DNA of 64,000 nt from Ruminiclostridium sp. (GTDB lineage Bacteria > Bacillota > Clostridia > Oscillospirales > Ruminococcaceae), in NCBI GenBank assembly GCA_045579565.1, contig JAZNML010000052.1, forward strand, positions 14,194 through 78,193. The letters run 5' to 3'. Position 1 is the stretch's first letter. Each line of letters starts with the position of its first letter. The notes under the pieces were generated by a model, which saw nothing but the letters and a program-made list of their open reading frames with translations, ran no database searches and was not told where the DNA came from. A program made the translations under genes and the position numbers. Positions 17,375 to 27,659 of this stretch are shown one piece after another.

Positions 17375-19858
17375 TCAATGAGCCTCGTACCAGCTGCTGC
17401 CTGTCTTTGCGTCTGCGGTCAAGGGTACAGAAAGCTTAACCACATTTTCCATTTCCTCACGGAGTATCTGCGCCGCCTTTTCAGCATCACATTCCTTCGC
17501 TTCAACGATAAGCTCGTCGTGTACCTGTAAAATAAGTCTTGCTTCGGGAAGCTCCTTTTTCAGCCTTGCATAAACCTTCACCATGGCAAGCTTGATTATA
17601 TCCGCCGCTGTTCCCTGGACAGGGGTATTCATGGCAATACGTTTACCCTGCGCCTGAACAGTCTTGTTGCTCATAGCAAGCTCGGGAATATATCTTCTCC
17701 GCCCAAAAAGAGTGGTTACATAGCCCTTTTTCTTTGCATCCTCGGGAGTTTTTTCCATATAATCCGCTACTCCCTTGTACTTTGATAGATATGCCTTTAT
17801 ATATTCATCAGCCTGTTTAACGGAAACGCCGATATCCTTTGAAAGAGAGAATGCGCCGATTCCGTAAACAATTCCGAAATTTACCGCCTTTGCACTGCTG
17901 CGCATTTCGGGAGTTACCCACTGGGCAGGCATGTCAAATACCTGGGAAGCTGTGATTGTGTGGATATCCTCGCCGCTCTTGAAAGCATTTATCATTGTAC
18001 TGTCATCAGAAATGTGGGCAAGGAGCCTCAGTTCAATCTGCGAATAGTCCGCATCTACCAGCTTATAACCTTCCTCTGCAATAAAGAACCGTCTGAATTC
18101 TCTTCCCAGCTCTGTTCTTACTGGAATATTCTGGATATTGGGTTCGGCGGAAGAAATTCTGCCTGTACGGGTTTCTGTCTGTTTATAGGTAGTGTGGATT
18201 CTGCCGTCATCGGCAATTACCTTCAAAAGTCCCACCGCATAGGTCGAGCTGAGCTTAGTAAGAGTGCGGTAGTTCAGCACAAGGGGGATTACGGGGTGAT
18301 GCTCCATAAGACCTTCCAGTACATCCGCATTGGTTGAATAGCCGGTCTTGGTCTTTTTACCCGAAGGTAATCCCAGCTTTTCAAAAAGAATCTCGCCCAA
18401 CTGTTTCGGAGATGCGATATTGAATTTTTCCCCTGCGCAGTCATATATTTCCTGTTCAATACGGGCTATTTCCTTATCCAGCTCTCTTCCGAAGCCCAGT
18501 AAGGCGGTACGGTCGATTCTTACACCGTATTTCTCCATGGAAACAAGCACATAGCTCAACGGAATCTCAATACCAGTGAGAAGCTCCTCCATATTTTCGC
18601 CCTTAACCCTGCCGTAAAGCTCACAATTGAGGCTGTAAAGTGTCTTTGCAATATTCTCTGTGTCATAAACCACGCTGTATTCGGAGCATAACCGTTCAAG
18701 ATTATATTCCGCAGCATTTACGTTAAGAAGATATGCCGCAAGAGTCGAATCAAAAACAACATTATTTATCTCAAACTCCGTCTTTGACAGCATTTCTTTC
18801 AGATTGAAGGTTCGTTTGGGCGTGTCATCGGACAATACCTTTTTGTAGTCCGTTTCAGCAATTACCTCAGCCTTATCATTCATGCAGCGGTATAATACTC
18901 CGTCAATCACAATGAAATCAGGCACATTACGGTCGATTTCTTCGGCTGTGACAGTTTCCTTATCCTCCGAGGCCTGCTGTACTGCGGAGGCTACCGCCTC
19001 CTTACTTATATCCAGCTTTTTAAGAAGCGTGAACATCTCAAATTCCGTCAGCATTGACGCCAGCTTGACCTCGTCGCGATTCTTGAAGCCGTAGGCTTTC
19101 AGCTCTGTGTCAACAGGAGCGGTTTTGCAGATTGTACCGAGCTTATAGCTGAGACGACAGTTTTCCTCGCCCTTTATAAGCTTTTCACGTACTGATTTGG
19201 TAACCTCGATTGTATCGATATTTTTATAGATTTCATCTATGCTGCCGTATTTCTGGATAAGCGACAATGCGGTTTTCTCGCCTATTCCCGCAACACCTGG
19301 GATATTATCGCTGCTATCTCCCATAAGCGCCTTTACATCAATCATCTGTAAGGGCGTTACTCCGTACACCGCCATGATTTTTTCGGGAGTGTAGGTAATA
19401 TCATCCTTGTTTGACGCAAGGTTTACCGTTACCTTTTCGGTTATAAGCTGGAAGGAGTCACGGTCTCCCGTAGCAATGATACATTCATAGCCGTTTTTAT
19501 CACACTCAGCGCTGAGAGTTCCTAAAATATCATCTGCTTCATAGCCCTCACACTCAATTACCGTAACACCCATGGCACGAAGCAGCTCCTTTACAGGCTG
19601 TAACTGCATGGCAAGTTCATCAGGCATACCCTTTCTGCCAGCCTTGTAGCCGTCATACATATTATGGCGGAAGGTGGGTGCTTTAAGGTCAAAGGCTACG
19701 GCAACACCATCAGGCTTGAAGTTGGAAATCAGTTTAAGATATATGTTGAAAAAACCTGTTATGGCATTTGTGAACATTCCCTTTTTATTTGACAGCAGAC
19801 GAATACCATAAAAGGCGCGGTTCAGTATGCTGTTTCCGTCAATTACCAGAAGCTTCAT
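17375..19858 (-). CDS. polA: DNA polymerase I
   Basis: 5-prime nuclease N-terminus (LLVIDGNSILNRAFYG, GIGEKTA) and family A polymerase motifs (DYSQIELRLLAH, RSSAKAVNFGIVYG, QVHDELIVE). The short central region has no DxE Exo I motif that I can see. Confidence 0.95.
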   Translation of the reverse strand: MKLLVIDGNSILNRAFYGIRLLSNKKGMFTNAITGFFNIYLKLISNFKPDGVAVAFDLKAPTFRHNMYDGYKAGRKGMPDELAMQLQPVKELLRAMGVTVIECEGYEADDILGTLSAECDKNGYECIIATGDRDSFQLITEKVTVNLASNKDDITYTPEKIMAVYGVTPLQMIDVKALMGDSSDNIPGVAGIGEKTALSLIQKYGSIDEIYKNIDTIEVTKSVREKLIKGEENCRLSYKLGTICKTAPVDTELKAYGFKNRDEVKLASMLTEFEMFTLLKKLDISKEAVASAVQQASEDKETVTAEEIDRNVPDFIVIDGVLYRCMNDKAEVIAETDYKKVLSDDTPKRTFNLKEMLSKTEFEINNVVFDSTLAAYLLNVNAAEYNLERLCSEYSVVYDTENIAKTLYSLNCELYGRVKGENMEELLTGIEIPLSYVLVSMEKYGVRIDRTALLGFGRELDKEIARIEQEIYDCAGEKFNIASPKQLGEILFEKLGLPSGKKTKTGYSTNADVLEGLMEHHPVIPLVLNYRTLTKLSSTYAVGLLKVIADDGRIHTTYKQTETRTGRISSAEPNIQNIPVRTELGREFRRFFIAEEGYKLVDADYSQIELRLLAHISDDSTMINAFKSGEDIHTITASQVFDMPAQWVTPEMRSSAKAVNFGIVYGIGAFSLSKDIGVSVKQADEYIKAYLSKYKGVADYMEKTPEDAKKKGYVTTLFGRRRYIPELAMSNKTVQAQGKRIAMNTPVQGTAADIIKLAMVKVYARLKKELPEARLILQVHDELIVEAKECDAEKAAQILREEMENVVKLSVPLTADAKTGSSWYEAH

Positions 19859-19871
19859 TGGGTAATTCCTT

Positions 19872-21983
19872 TCATTTTTTGATTTTTCTTATTTTTGCCA
19901 CAAGCTTTGGCTTCTGCGTAACGGCGGTCTTTACCGCTTCCGCATCAGAATATGCTTTAAGATAGAAATACCTCTGTCCGTCAAGTGACTCACCATCTGT
20001 TTCACGGCGGATATATGTGCCGTCGGGTTGCTGAACACGTACCTTGACGTTATCTGACAGCATGGTGGTAAAGTAATTCATAAGTCTGTCACGTACCGCC
20101 TTACTCTTTATGGGGGCAGCTACCTCAACTCGTCTTTCAGTGTTACGTGTCATGAAATCCGCAGAGGAAATATACATCTTTTCACGCTCGCCCTTACCGA
20201 AAATATAGATACGGCTGTGCTCCAAAAACCTGCCTACAACAGATACAAGAGTGATGTTGTCTGTCTCACCCTCAATTCCCGAAACAAGACAGGAAATACC
20301 TCTTATAAGAAGCTCAACCTTGACTCCTGCTTTGCTTGCTTCAACCAGCTTTTCGATAATATCCTTATCGGTGAGAGAATTGAGCTTTAAGCCTACATAT
20401 CCGTCCTTACCGAAGGTGATTTCACGGTCAATAAGCTCAACAACACGGGGTTTAAGACAATGGGGCGCAACCCAGAGGGATGATGAACTTTCAACCGCTG
20501 AGCCTATGGATAATGCCGCAAAGACAAGGGATGCATCAGTACCTATATCCTGGTCCGCTGTCATTAAAGTAATATCAGTATAAAGACGTGAGGTGCGCTC
20601 GTTGTAATTACCTGTGCCTATCTGTGTGGTGTATGCTATGGAATTACCTTTTTTACGGGTTATAAGAAGCAGCTTTGAATGAACTTTCAGGTTATCAAGT
20701 CCGTAGATTACATTGACACCTGCGTCTTCAAGACGCTTTGACCAGCCGATATTGTTCTCTTCGTCAAAGCGGGCACGCAGCTCTACCAGTGCAAGCACAT
20801 CCTTACCGTTTTCCGCCGCCTTGATAAGTGCGTCAACTATCTTACTGTCACGTGCCACACGGTAAAGAGTAATCTTGACCGATACCACATCAGGCGATGT
20901 GGCAGCCTCTTCAAGCAGAGAGATAAAGGGATTGAAGCTCTCGAAGGGGTACATGAGCAGAATATCGTTTTCGTCTATCTGGGAAAGCATGGATTTTCCC
21001 TCAGTAATAAAAGGCGAATGCTGGGGTGTAAGTCTGTCAAAAAACAACTCGGACTTATCGGAAAGACGGCTTTCGATTTCGCCTAAGAATCCGAAATCAA
21101 GGGGGTAGTCAACATTGAAAATAAAGTTGCTGCCTATGGTAAGTCCGGCCTTTTCCGCAAGCTGTGCAATATCCGACGGATTCTTGCAATGGGAATACTC
21201 AATTCTTACGGGGCAGAGCTTTCGTCTTTTCTTGATAACCTCTTCCATAACATCGCGGAAGTCAACATCATGGTCAAAAAGAGCTTCATTTACGTCTATG
21301 TCCGCATTTCTCGTAATACGGATAATGCCCTTGTCGGCTACCTGGTAGTCGCCGAAAACCTGTCCTGCAAAAAGGAGAATCAATTCCTCGGTGAGAATAA
21401 AGCGGAAGCCCTTTTCGGCAGGCAGAAATACCACTCTGCCGAATACATCGGAGCTTGCGGGAATAAGTCCGCTGATTTCATTACCCTTCTTGCCTGTAAG
21501 CTTTACGTAAATGTAAACCGCTTTATTGGAAATAAAGGGCATGGGATGTTTTTTATCAATTACCGTAGGAAAAAGAAGAGGCTTTATATCGGAATTAAAA
21601 AACTTTTGCAGATATTCCTTATCGCTCTTGCTGAGGCGGTTTGTATTGACGTGCTCAGCACCGAAAACGGACAACTCTTCCTCAATAAGACGATATGCCT
21701 CAGAGAAACGTGGTACAAGCTCAGTGACCTTTTCAGAAATCAGGGCAAGCTGCTGGGCAGAGGTAAGCCCTGTTTTATTATCGGGCTTATCCTTTTTCAG
21801 CAAGGTCTGGTCATAGAGCGAGCCGACACGCACCATGAAAAATTCGTCAAGATTGCTTGCAAATATGGAAATAAAACGTAGTCTTTCAAAAAGCGGAACT
21901 CTGCCGTCCTCCGCTTCTTCAAGTACTCGCTGGTTGAATTTGAGCCAGGATAATTCACGATTGTCAAAATAGGATAAACTCAT
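19872..21983 (-). CDS. ppk: Polyphosphate kinase 1
   Basis: YFDNRELSWLKFNQRVLEEA N-terminus. 703 aa. Two PLD-like C-terminal domains (KVHSKLLLI, EHSRIYIF). Confidence 0.95.
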   Translation of the reverse strand: MSLSYFDNRELSWLKFNQRVLEEAEDGRVPLFERLRFISIFASNLDEFFMVRVGSLYDQTLLKKDKPDNKTGLTSAQQLALISEKVTELVPRFSEAYRLIEEELSVFGAEHVNTNRLSKSDKEYLQKFFNSDIKPLLFPTVIDKKHPMPFISNKAVYIYVKLTGKKGNEISGLIPASSDVFGRVVFLPAEKGFRFILTEELILLFAGQVFGDYQVADKGIIRITRNADIDVNEALFDHDVDFRDVMEEVIKKRRKLCPVRIEYSHCKNPSDIAQLAEKAGLTIGSNFIFNVDYPLDFGFLGEIESRLSDKSELFFDRLTPQHSPFITEGKSMLSQIDENDILLMYPFESFNPFISLLEEAATSPDVVSVKITLYRVARDSKIVDALIKAAENGKDVLALVELRARFDEENNIGWSKRLEDAGVNVIYGLDNLKVHSKLLLITRKKGNSIAYTTQIGTGNYNERTSRLYTDITLMTADQDIGTDASLVFAALSIGSAVESSSSLWVAPHCLKPRVVELIDREITFGKDGYVGLKLNSLTDKDIIEKLVEASKAGVKVELLIRGISCLVSGIEGETDNITLVSVVGRFLEHSRIYIFGKGEREKMYISSADFMTRNTERRVEVAAPIKSKAVRDRLMNYFTTMLSDNVKVRVQQPDGTYIRRETDGESLDGQRYFYLKAYSDAEAVKTAVTQKPKLVAKIRKIKK

Positions 21984-22219
21984 GGCAATTCTCCTCTGTT
22001 TATATAAATCTCGTTAAATAATAAACAAATTTTTTGTCATAATCAACAATTATATTATACTAAACCTTGCACAAATTTTCAAGTCTTTCACATAAAATTT
22101 ACAGAATTTAAAAAAATATCTGTCAAAACAGGATTTTTTTACAATATCCGTTGATTTTTTCCACGATTTGTGATATTATAAATAAGTATTATTTTTACAC
22201 TTTGAAAGGAAATCTCACT

Positions 22220-22708
22220 ATGGAAAGAAGATGCACAAAATGCGGCTCCTTCCTTACGGATTCAGACCGCTTCTGCCCTGGCTGCGGCGAAAATGCACCC
22301 CAGGAAATCGGCGATAGCTCCGCATTCGGTAATTCATATAACCAGCAGTACGGAAACTACGCTCCGCCGCCTGCTCCCGCACCCTATGCACCCAATAACA
22401 ACCCCCAGTACAATCCCTATCAGGCACCCGAAGAGGAAATGACAGTCGGTAAGTGGCTTCTCACTATCTTTGTGACAAGTCTCGGCTGTATCGGTATTAT
22501 CCTCTTATTCGTATGGGGCTTCGGCGACGGCCCTAAGGCAAGACAGAATTACTGTAAGGCTATGCTTATCTGGATGGCTATTGCTGTTGGTCTCACTATC
22601 CTCATGTATGTGTTTATGTTCGTTGTTTTAGGTATAAGCATGTCGGAAATGTACGATTACTCGTCATATGAAATGGCAGCCAACGTAATCGGCAGCTTCA
22701 TCAAGTAA
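22220..22708 (+). CDS. Zinc-ribbon membrane protein
   Basis: CTKCGS...CPGCG zinc ribbon, Pro/Gln/Asn-rich linker, then TM helices. Start set at ATG 22220 (MERRC, RBS gaaagga). Confidence 0.65.
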   Translation: MERRCTKCGSFLTDSDRFCPGCGENAPQEIGDSSAFGNSYNQQYGNYAPPPAPAPYAPNNNPQYNPYQAPEEEMTVGKWLLTIFVTSLGCIGIILLFVWGFGDGPKARQNYCKAMLIWMAIAVGLTILMYVFMFVVLGISMSEMYDYSSYEMAANVIGSFIK

Positions 22709-22797
22709 GCATTACATACGTTTATTTACTTTTTTCTGAATCTGTGGTATAATTCATAGTTGTACGTCACAGCAATAAACCGAAAGGACGTGAAACG

Positions 22798-23454
22798 TTG
22801 AATCTTAAAAAGCTTACCATAGTTACGGGACATTACGGCTCCGGAAAAACCAATATTTCTGTAAATCTCGCTCTGGACGCAGCAAGACAGGGAAGGAAAT
22901 GTACGGTTATCGACCTTGATATCGTAAACCCCTATTTCCGCACAGCAGATTTCGGCGAGCTCTTTGAAAAGAACGGAATCCAGCTGAAAACTCCCCTGTA
23001 TGCCAACTCCAACCTTGATATCCCCGCTCTTAACATATCCGTAAAAGGTATCCTTGACGAAAGCGACTGCGTTATTATTGACGTAGGCGGTGATGACGAG
23101 GGCGCAAAGGCGCTGGGCAGATATAAGGCGGTTATTTCGGAATGTGATGACCGGGAAATGCTGTATGTTATAAATAAATGCCGTTATCTCACAAAGGAAC
23201 CGGAGGAAGCACTGGAACTCATGCGGGAAATCGAAACCGCAAGCGGTCTTTGCTGCACAGGTATTGTGAACAACACAAACCTGGGTAACGAAACCGATGA
23301 AAGCATTATCCTCGGCTCTCTGGAATATGCGGAAAGCGTTGCGAAAACAGCGGGACTTCCGCTAAGAATGACGGCAGGAAGGAAGGAATTTCTCACAAAC
23401 GTGAAGGAAAATCCCTTCCCTATCGAAATTTTCGTTAAAACCTTATGGAATTAA
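22798..23454 (+). CDS. P-loop NTPase (MinD/ParA/CobQ-like ATP-binding protein)
   Basis: TGHYGSGKTN P-loop and VIDLD / IIDVGGD Walker B-like strands. TTG start. Heads the kor operon. Confidence 0.55.
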   Translation: MNLKKLTIVTGHYGSGKTNISVNLALDAARQGRKCTVIDLDIVNPYFRTADFGELFEKNGIQLKTPLYANSNLDIPALNISVKGILDESDCVIIDVGGDDEGAKALGRYKAVISECDDREMLYVINKCRYLTKEPEEALELMREIETASGLCCTGIVNNTNLGNETDESIILGSLEYAESVAKTAGLPLRMTAGRKEFLTNVKENPFPIEIFVKTLWN

Positions 23455-23484
23455 ATAAACTCAATAAAAGAAAGGATTGGTCTT

Positions 23485-23700
23485 ATGTCAAAAATGACGG
23501 TTGAATTTGACCGCTGCAAAGGTTGCGGACTGTGTGTTACTGCCTGTCCTAAGAAAATTGTTGCAATCCAGCAGGAAAAACTCAACAAGAAGGGTTATTA
23601 CACAGCTACCTGCACAGATGATGACGCTTGTATCGCCTGTGCTCTCTGTGCTATGATGTGCCCCGACTGTGCAATCACTGTTGAAGGAGGTAAGAAGTAA
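23485..23700 (+). CDS. korD: 2-oxoacid:ferredoxin oxidoreductase delta subunit (2x[4Fe-4S] ferredoxin)
   Basis: CKGCGLCVTACP and CIACALCAMMCP cluster motifs. Confidence 0.85.
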   Translation: MSKMTVEFDRCKGCGLCVTACPKKIVAIQQEKLNKKGYYTATCTDDDACIACALCAMMCPDCAITVEGGKK

Positions 23701-24767
23701 TGGCAGAAAAAAGCTTAATGAAAGGTAACGAAGCCTTAGCAGAAGCTGCTATCAGAGCAGGTTGTAAGTGCTTCTTCGGTTATCCTATCACTCCCCAGAC
23801 AGAAATCTCCGCATACCTCTCCAAGCGTATGCCCAAGGTTGGAGGTACATTCTTACAGGCTGAAAGTGAAGTTGCCGCTATCAACATGGTATACGGCTGC
23901 GCAGGTTCAGGTATCCGCTGCATGACTTCATCTTCTTCCCCCGGAATCTCCCTTAAAGCAGAAGGTATTTCCTATATCGCAGGTGCTGATTTACCCTGCG
24001 TTATCATCGACGTTGTAAGAGGCGGCCCCGGTCTCGGCGGTATCCAGCCTTCTCAGGCAGACTACTGGCAGATTACAAAGGGTCTTGCTCACGGCGACTT
24101 CCATGTACTCGTTTATGCTCCCGCTTCCGTTCAGGAAATGGCTGATATGGTTGCTAAGGCTTTCGATATGGCAGACGAATACAGAATGCCCGCTATGATT
24201 CTCGCAGACGGCCTTTTAGGTCAGATGATGGAGCCTGTTGAATTCCCCGATGTTGAAATCAAGATGTCCGATGCTTCAAATAAGCCCTGGGCTGCAAACG
24301 GCCACAAGGGTGAAAGAAAGCACAACATCATCAACTCCCTCTATTTACAGCCTCAGGAACTTGAAGACAAGGTTGTTGAACGCTTCAAGAGATACGAGGA
24401 TATCAAGGCTAAGCACACAATGGCTGTTGCTGATTACTGCGACGATGCTGATATCGTTGTTGTAGCTTACGGCTCTACCGCAAGACTTGCCAAGTCCGCT
24501 GTTGACGCAGCTCGCAAGGAAGGTCTCAAAGTCGGTATGTTCCGCCCTGTAACCCTCTGGCCTTTCCCTGAAAATGAACTTCGCGAAGCTACAAAGAATG
24601 CTAAGAAGATTCTTACAGTTGAAATGTCCATGGGTCAGATGATTGATGACGTAAAGCTTGCAATCAATTGCTCCAAGCCTGTTGAATTCTACGGCAGAAC
24701 AGGTGGTATTATCCCCGCTCCTGCTGATATCTTAAATAAAATCAAGGAAATGGGAGGTAATAAGTAA
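23700..24767 (+). CDS. korA: 2-oxoacid:ferredoxin oxidoreductase alpha subunit
   Basis: MKGNEALAEAAIRAGCKCFFGYPITPQTEI N-terminus typical of the KorA/VorB/PorA family. TAATG coupling on both sides. Confidence 0.85.
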   Translation: MAEKSLMKGNEALAEAAIRAGCKCFFGYPITPQTEISAYLSKRMPKVGGTFLQAESEVAAINMVYGCAGSGIRCMTSSSSPGISLKAEGISYIAGADLPCVIIDVVRGGPGLGGIQPSQADYWQITKGLAHGDFHVLVYAPASVQEMADMVAKAFDMADEYRMPAMILADGLLGQMMEPVEFPDVEIKMSDASNKPWAANGHKGERKHNIINSLYLQPQELEDKVVERFKRYEDIKAKHTMAVADYCDDADIVVVAYGSTARLAKSAVDAARKEGLKVGMFRPVTLWPFPENELREATKNAKKILTVEMSMGQMIDDVKLAINCSKPVEFYGRTGGIIPAPADILNKIKEMGGNK

Positions 24768-25522
24768 TGCCTGATTTCAAGAGACCTCATGCGCTTACTG
24801 ACGCATACTTACATTACTGTCCCGGCTGTACTCACGGCATAGTTCACAGACTTGTCGCTGAGGTTATTGACGAGATGGGTATCGAAAATGATACAATCGG
24901 TGTTTGCCCTGTTGGCTGCTCCGTTATGGCTTATGATTATTTCAACTGCGATATGATCGAAGCTTCCCACGGCCGTTCACCTGCTGTTGCAACAGGTGTA
25001 AAGAGAGGTAACCCCGATAAGTTCGTATTTACATATCAGGGTGACGGCGACCTTGCTGCTATCGGTACCGCTGAAACAATTCACGCTGCTACACGTGGCG
25101 AAAACATCACTGTTATCTTTATCAACAACACAACCTACGGTATGACAGGCGGTCAGATGGCTCCTACAACTCTTCCCGGACAGGTTACTCAGACAACGCC
25201 CTACGGCAGAGATACTTCCGAAGCAGGTTTCCCTGTAAAAGTCTGCGAAATCCTTTCTCAGATTGACGGTGTTGCTCTTGCTGAAAGAGTTACTGTTGTT
25301 GACCCCGCAAACATCAAGAAGGCAAAGGCTGCTATCAGAAAGGCTTTTGAATTCCAGAAGAAAAAGCAGGGCTTCTCCCTTGTCGAAGTTCTTTCAACCT
25401 GTCCTACAAACTGGGGTATGACTCCCGTTCAGGCTCTCGAAAGAGTTAAGACTGAAATGATTCCTTACTACCCTCTCGGTGTTTACAAAGAGGGTGCTGT
25501 AAGAAACAAGGAGGAGGAATAA
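24767..25522 (+). CDS. korB: 2-oxoacid:ferredoxin oxidoreductase beta subunit (TPP-binding)
   Basis: YCPGCTHG, GDGDLAAIG (TPP motif), NNTTYGMTGGQ. Confidence 0.85.
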   Translation: MPDFKRPHALTDAYLHYCPGCTHGIVHRLVAEVIDEMGIENDTIGVCPVGCSVMAYDYFNCDMIEASHGRSPAVATGVKRGNPDKFVFTYQGDGDLAAIGTAETIHAATRGENITVIFINNTTYGMTGGQMAPTTLPGQVTQTTPYGRDTSEAGFPVKVCEILSQIDGVALAERVTVVDPANIKKAKAAIRKAFEFQKKKQGFSLVEVLSTCPTNWGMTPVQALERVKTEMIPYYPLGVYKEGAVRNKEEE

Positions 25523-25524
25523 GC

Positions 25525-26055
25525 ATGACAAACGAATTTTTACTTGCAGGCTTCGGCGGTCAGGGTATCCTTTTCGCAGGTAAGCTCTTAGCATACGTTG
25601 GTTTATACGCAGGTAAGGAAGTTTCCTGGCTTCCCTCCTACGGTCCCGAAATGCGCGGCGGTACTTGTAACTGCTCCGTAACAGTAAGCGATGACCCCAT
25701 CGGTTCTCCCCTTATTCTTGAACCCACTGAGCTTATGGTTATGAACACTCCCAGCTTTGATAAGTTCATCGGCACTGTCAAGGCAGGCGGTATGGCTTTT
25801 ATCGACAGCACTCTTGTTGACGGCACAAGCGACAGAACAGATATCAAGTGCTTCTACATCCCCGCAACAGCTCTTGCAAACGAAAACGGCCTCAAGGGTA
25901 TGGCAAACATTATCCTTACAGGTAAGATTCTTAAAGAAACAGGCCTTGATGACATGGCTGTAATCGAAAAGGCACTTCAAAAGGTTATTCCGCCTAAGAA
26001 GGCAAACCTTCTCGACGCTAACTTAAAGGCAATCAAGCTCGGTATGGAAGCTTAA
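25525..26055 (+). CDS. korC: 2-oxoacid:ferredoxin oxidoreductase gamma subunit
   Basis: AGFGGQGILFAGKLLA ... SYGPEMRGGT. Confidence 0.85.
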   Translation: MTNEFLLAGFGGQGILFAGKLLAYVGLYAGKEVSWLPSYGPEMRGGTCNCSVTVSDDPIGSPLILEPTELMVMNTPSFDKFIGTVKAGGMAFIDSTLVDGTSDRTDIKCFYIPATALANENGLKGMANIILTGKILKETGLDDMAVIEKALQKVIPPKKANLLDANLKAIKLGMEA

Positions 26056-26137
26056 TGCTTTTATAGTCTGAAATTAAAAACATAAAAACAGGACTACACG
26101 AAAGTGTGGTCCTGTCTAAATTAAACCGCAATAAATA

Positions 26138-26166
26138 AAGGGCGGTAAAAACCGCCCTTATTTATA
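26138..26166. terminator. Bidirectional intrinsic terminator (kor operon / XRE gene)
   Basis: aagggcgg-taaaaa-ccgccctt hairpin flanked by A-rich and T-rich runs. Confidence 0.6.
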
Positions 26167-26167
26167 T

Positions 26168-26833
26168 TCACATTAATTTCTTCAACTGATTTTCGCTGCT
26201 CCTTATAAGGCTTAAAAGCGCAGGAGCCTGTTTAGGATAGTCCGTTTCGATAGTAACCGTTGAAATCTCGGGAGCGTTCTGTTCGGTTTCATTTATGGCT
26301 GTTGCAGCAATGCCCTCATTTATTTCAGCACCTGCACTTGCCATACGGCAGGCAGATTCGCTGTTTATTTCAAACATAGTTTCACTGTTCTTTATATTGG
26401 TACGGTAGATAATACGGAAAACCTTATATACCGTGAAATTCAGAATATTTGTAACAGCATTGTTGAGTTTTGAATTACCTACTCTGGATAAAATGCTGTA
26501 AATAACCTCAATACTGTTTGTAAGGAGCTTCTTTGAAAGAGTAATGGAGATATCCGCGCCGAAACGAGCCTTTTCATGAGACTGTGCGTCGGGAATCTGG
26601 CTCTCTACAATAACACTTCCTGTACTCATGGGAGAACGGCCTAAGAGATAGTCTGTGGATACATTATAGTAATCCGCAGCTCTTACAAGAAAATCAAGCC
26701 CGCATTCTCTCTTTCCCTTTTCGTAATGGGATAAAAGTGCCTGTGCCACACCAAGTGCAGCTGCCGCGTCCTTCTGGCTTATATGACGCTCTTTTCTGAG
26801 CAGGGACAGAATACGTGGAAAATCACTGTTCAT
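26168..26833 (-). CDS. XRE-family helix-turn-helix transcriptional regulator
   Basis: LRKERHISQKDAAAALGVAQALLSHYEKGKRECG HTH, with a C-terminal ~140-aa domain of unknown type. Confidence 0.8.
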   Translation of the reverse strand: MNSDFPRILSLLRKERHISQKDAAAALGVAQALLSHYEKGKRECGLDFLVRAADYYNVSTDYLLGRSPMSTGSVIVESQIPDAQSHEKARFGADISITLSKKLLTNSIEVIYSILSRVGNSKLNNAVTNILNFTVYKVFRIIYRTNIKNSETMFEINSESACRMASAGAEINEGIAATAINETEQNAPEISTVTIETDYPKQAPALLSLIRSSENQLKKLM

Positions 26834-27035
26834 CGCAAATACTCCTTTCGCAATAGTCGAACAAGATGTCGCATTGTATATTATATTAAATTTTTTCCGT
26901 AATGTAAAGTGGCATTTTCGACAAAAAATTGTTGAAAGATTATATATAATATACTAAACAATCGCTTTATTACCGCTTTTTCGGAGCTTTACCGCCCGAA
27001 AAGACGATTTTTCAGATACAGAAAGGACTGAAAAA

Positions 27036-27644
27036 ATGAAAAACTACACCATTTATCTTATCCGCCACGGCATCACCGAGGGCAATCTTCAAGGAAAATA
27101 CATCGGTCTTACAGACCTTCCCCTGTGTGACGAGGGCTACTACGCCATAAACCGTTATGCAAGCGACAGGCTTTACCCCGCCGTTCAGAAGGTTTATTCA
27201 AGCCCCCTGAAACGCTGCCTCGAAACAGCGGAAATAATCTATCCCGACCGCTATGTAAAGCAGATAGATAACATTGCGGAATGTGATTTCGGCGAGTTCG
27301 AGGGCAAAACCCAGGCTGAGCTTGAAAATGTTCCCGAGTATGTAGAATGGCTCAAAGGGGGATATGACGCAAAGGCTCCCGGAGGCGAGACATTCGGGGA
27401 ATTTACTCTCCGCTGTCTTGACGGTCTCGAAGAAATATTCAAGGATATGATGAAGGACCAGGTTACAAAGGCTGCTGTTATCACCCATGGCGGTGTTATT
27501 ATGAATCTGCTGTCCGGCTACGGATTACCTAAGGGCAGACCGGCGGACTTTGCCCTTAACCAAGGGGAATGCTGGCAGATAAACCTTTCCACTTACCTGT
27601 GGATGAAGGGGCCTGTTTTTGAAATTGTAGGAAGAATTATATAA
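27036..27644 (+). CDS. Histidine phosphatase family protein (PGM/CobC-like)
   Basis: IYLIRHGITEGN (RHG motif) and ITHGGV. Confidence 0.8.
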   Translation: MKNYTIYLIRHGITEGNLQGKYIGLTDLPLCDEGYYAINRYASDRLYPAVQKVYSSPLKRCLETAEIIYPDRYVKQIDNIAECDFGEFEGKTQAELENVPEYVEWLKGGYDAKAPGGETFGEFTLRCLDGLEEIFKDMMKDQVTKAAVITHGGVIMNLLSGYGLPKGRPADFALNQGECWQINLSTYLWMKGPVFEIVGRII

Positions 27645-27659
27645 AGGAAGGATTACAAA

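Noticed and set aside
21189-21881. 230-aa ORF on the + strand. The same situation applies to 12699-13268, 33816-34367, 46535-46912 and 28314-28796.
   Set aside because: All lie antisense inside well-supported genes (ppk1, MCP, thiamine diphosphokinase, BCCP, tex).
21984-22219. Replication origin, suggested by the switch from mostly reverse-strand to mostly forward-strand genes in an AT-rich intergenic region.
   Set aside because: No TTATCCACA-type DnaA boxes, no dnaA/dnaN nearby, and gene orientation becomes mixed again after 32 kb. It is just a divergent promoter region.
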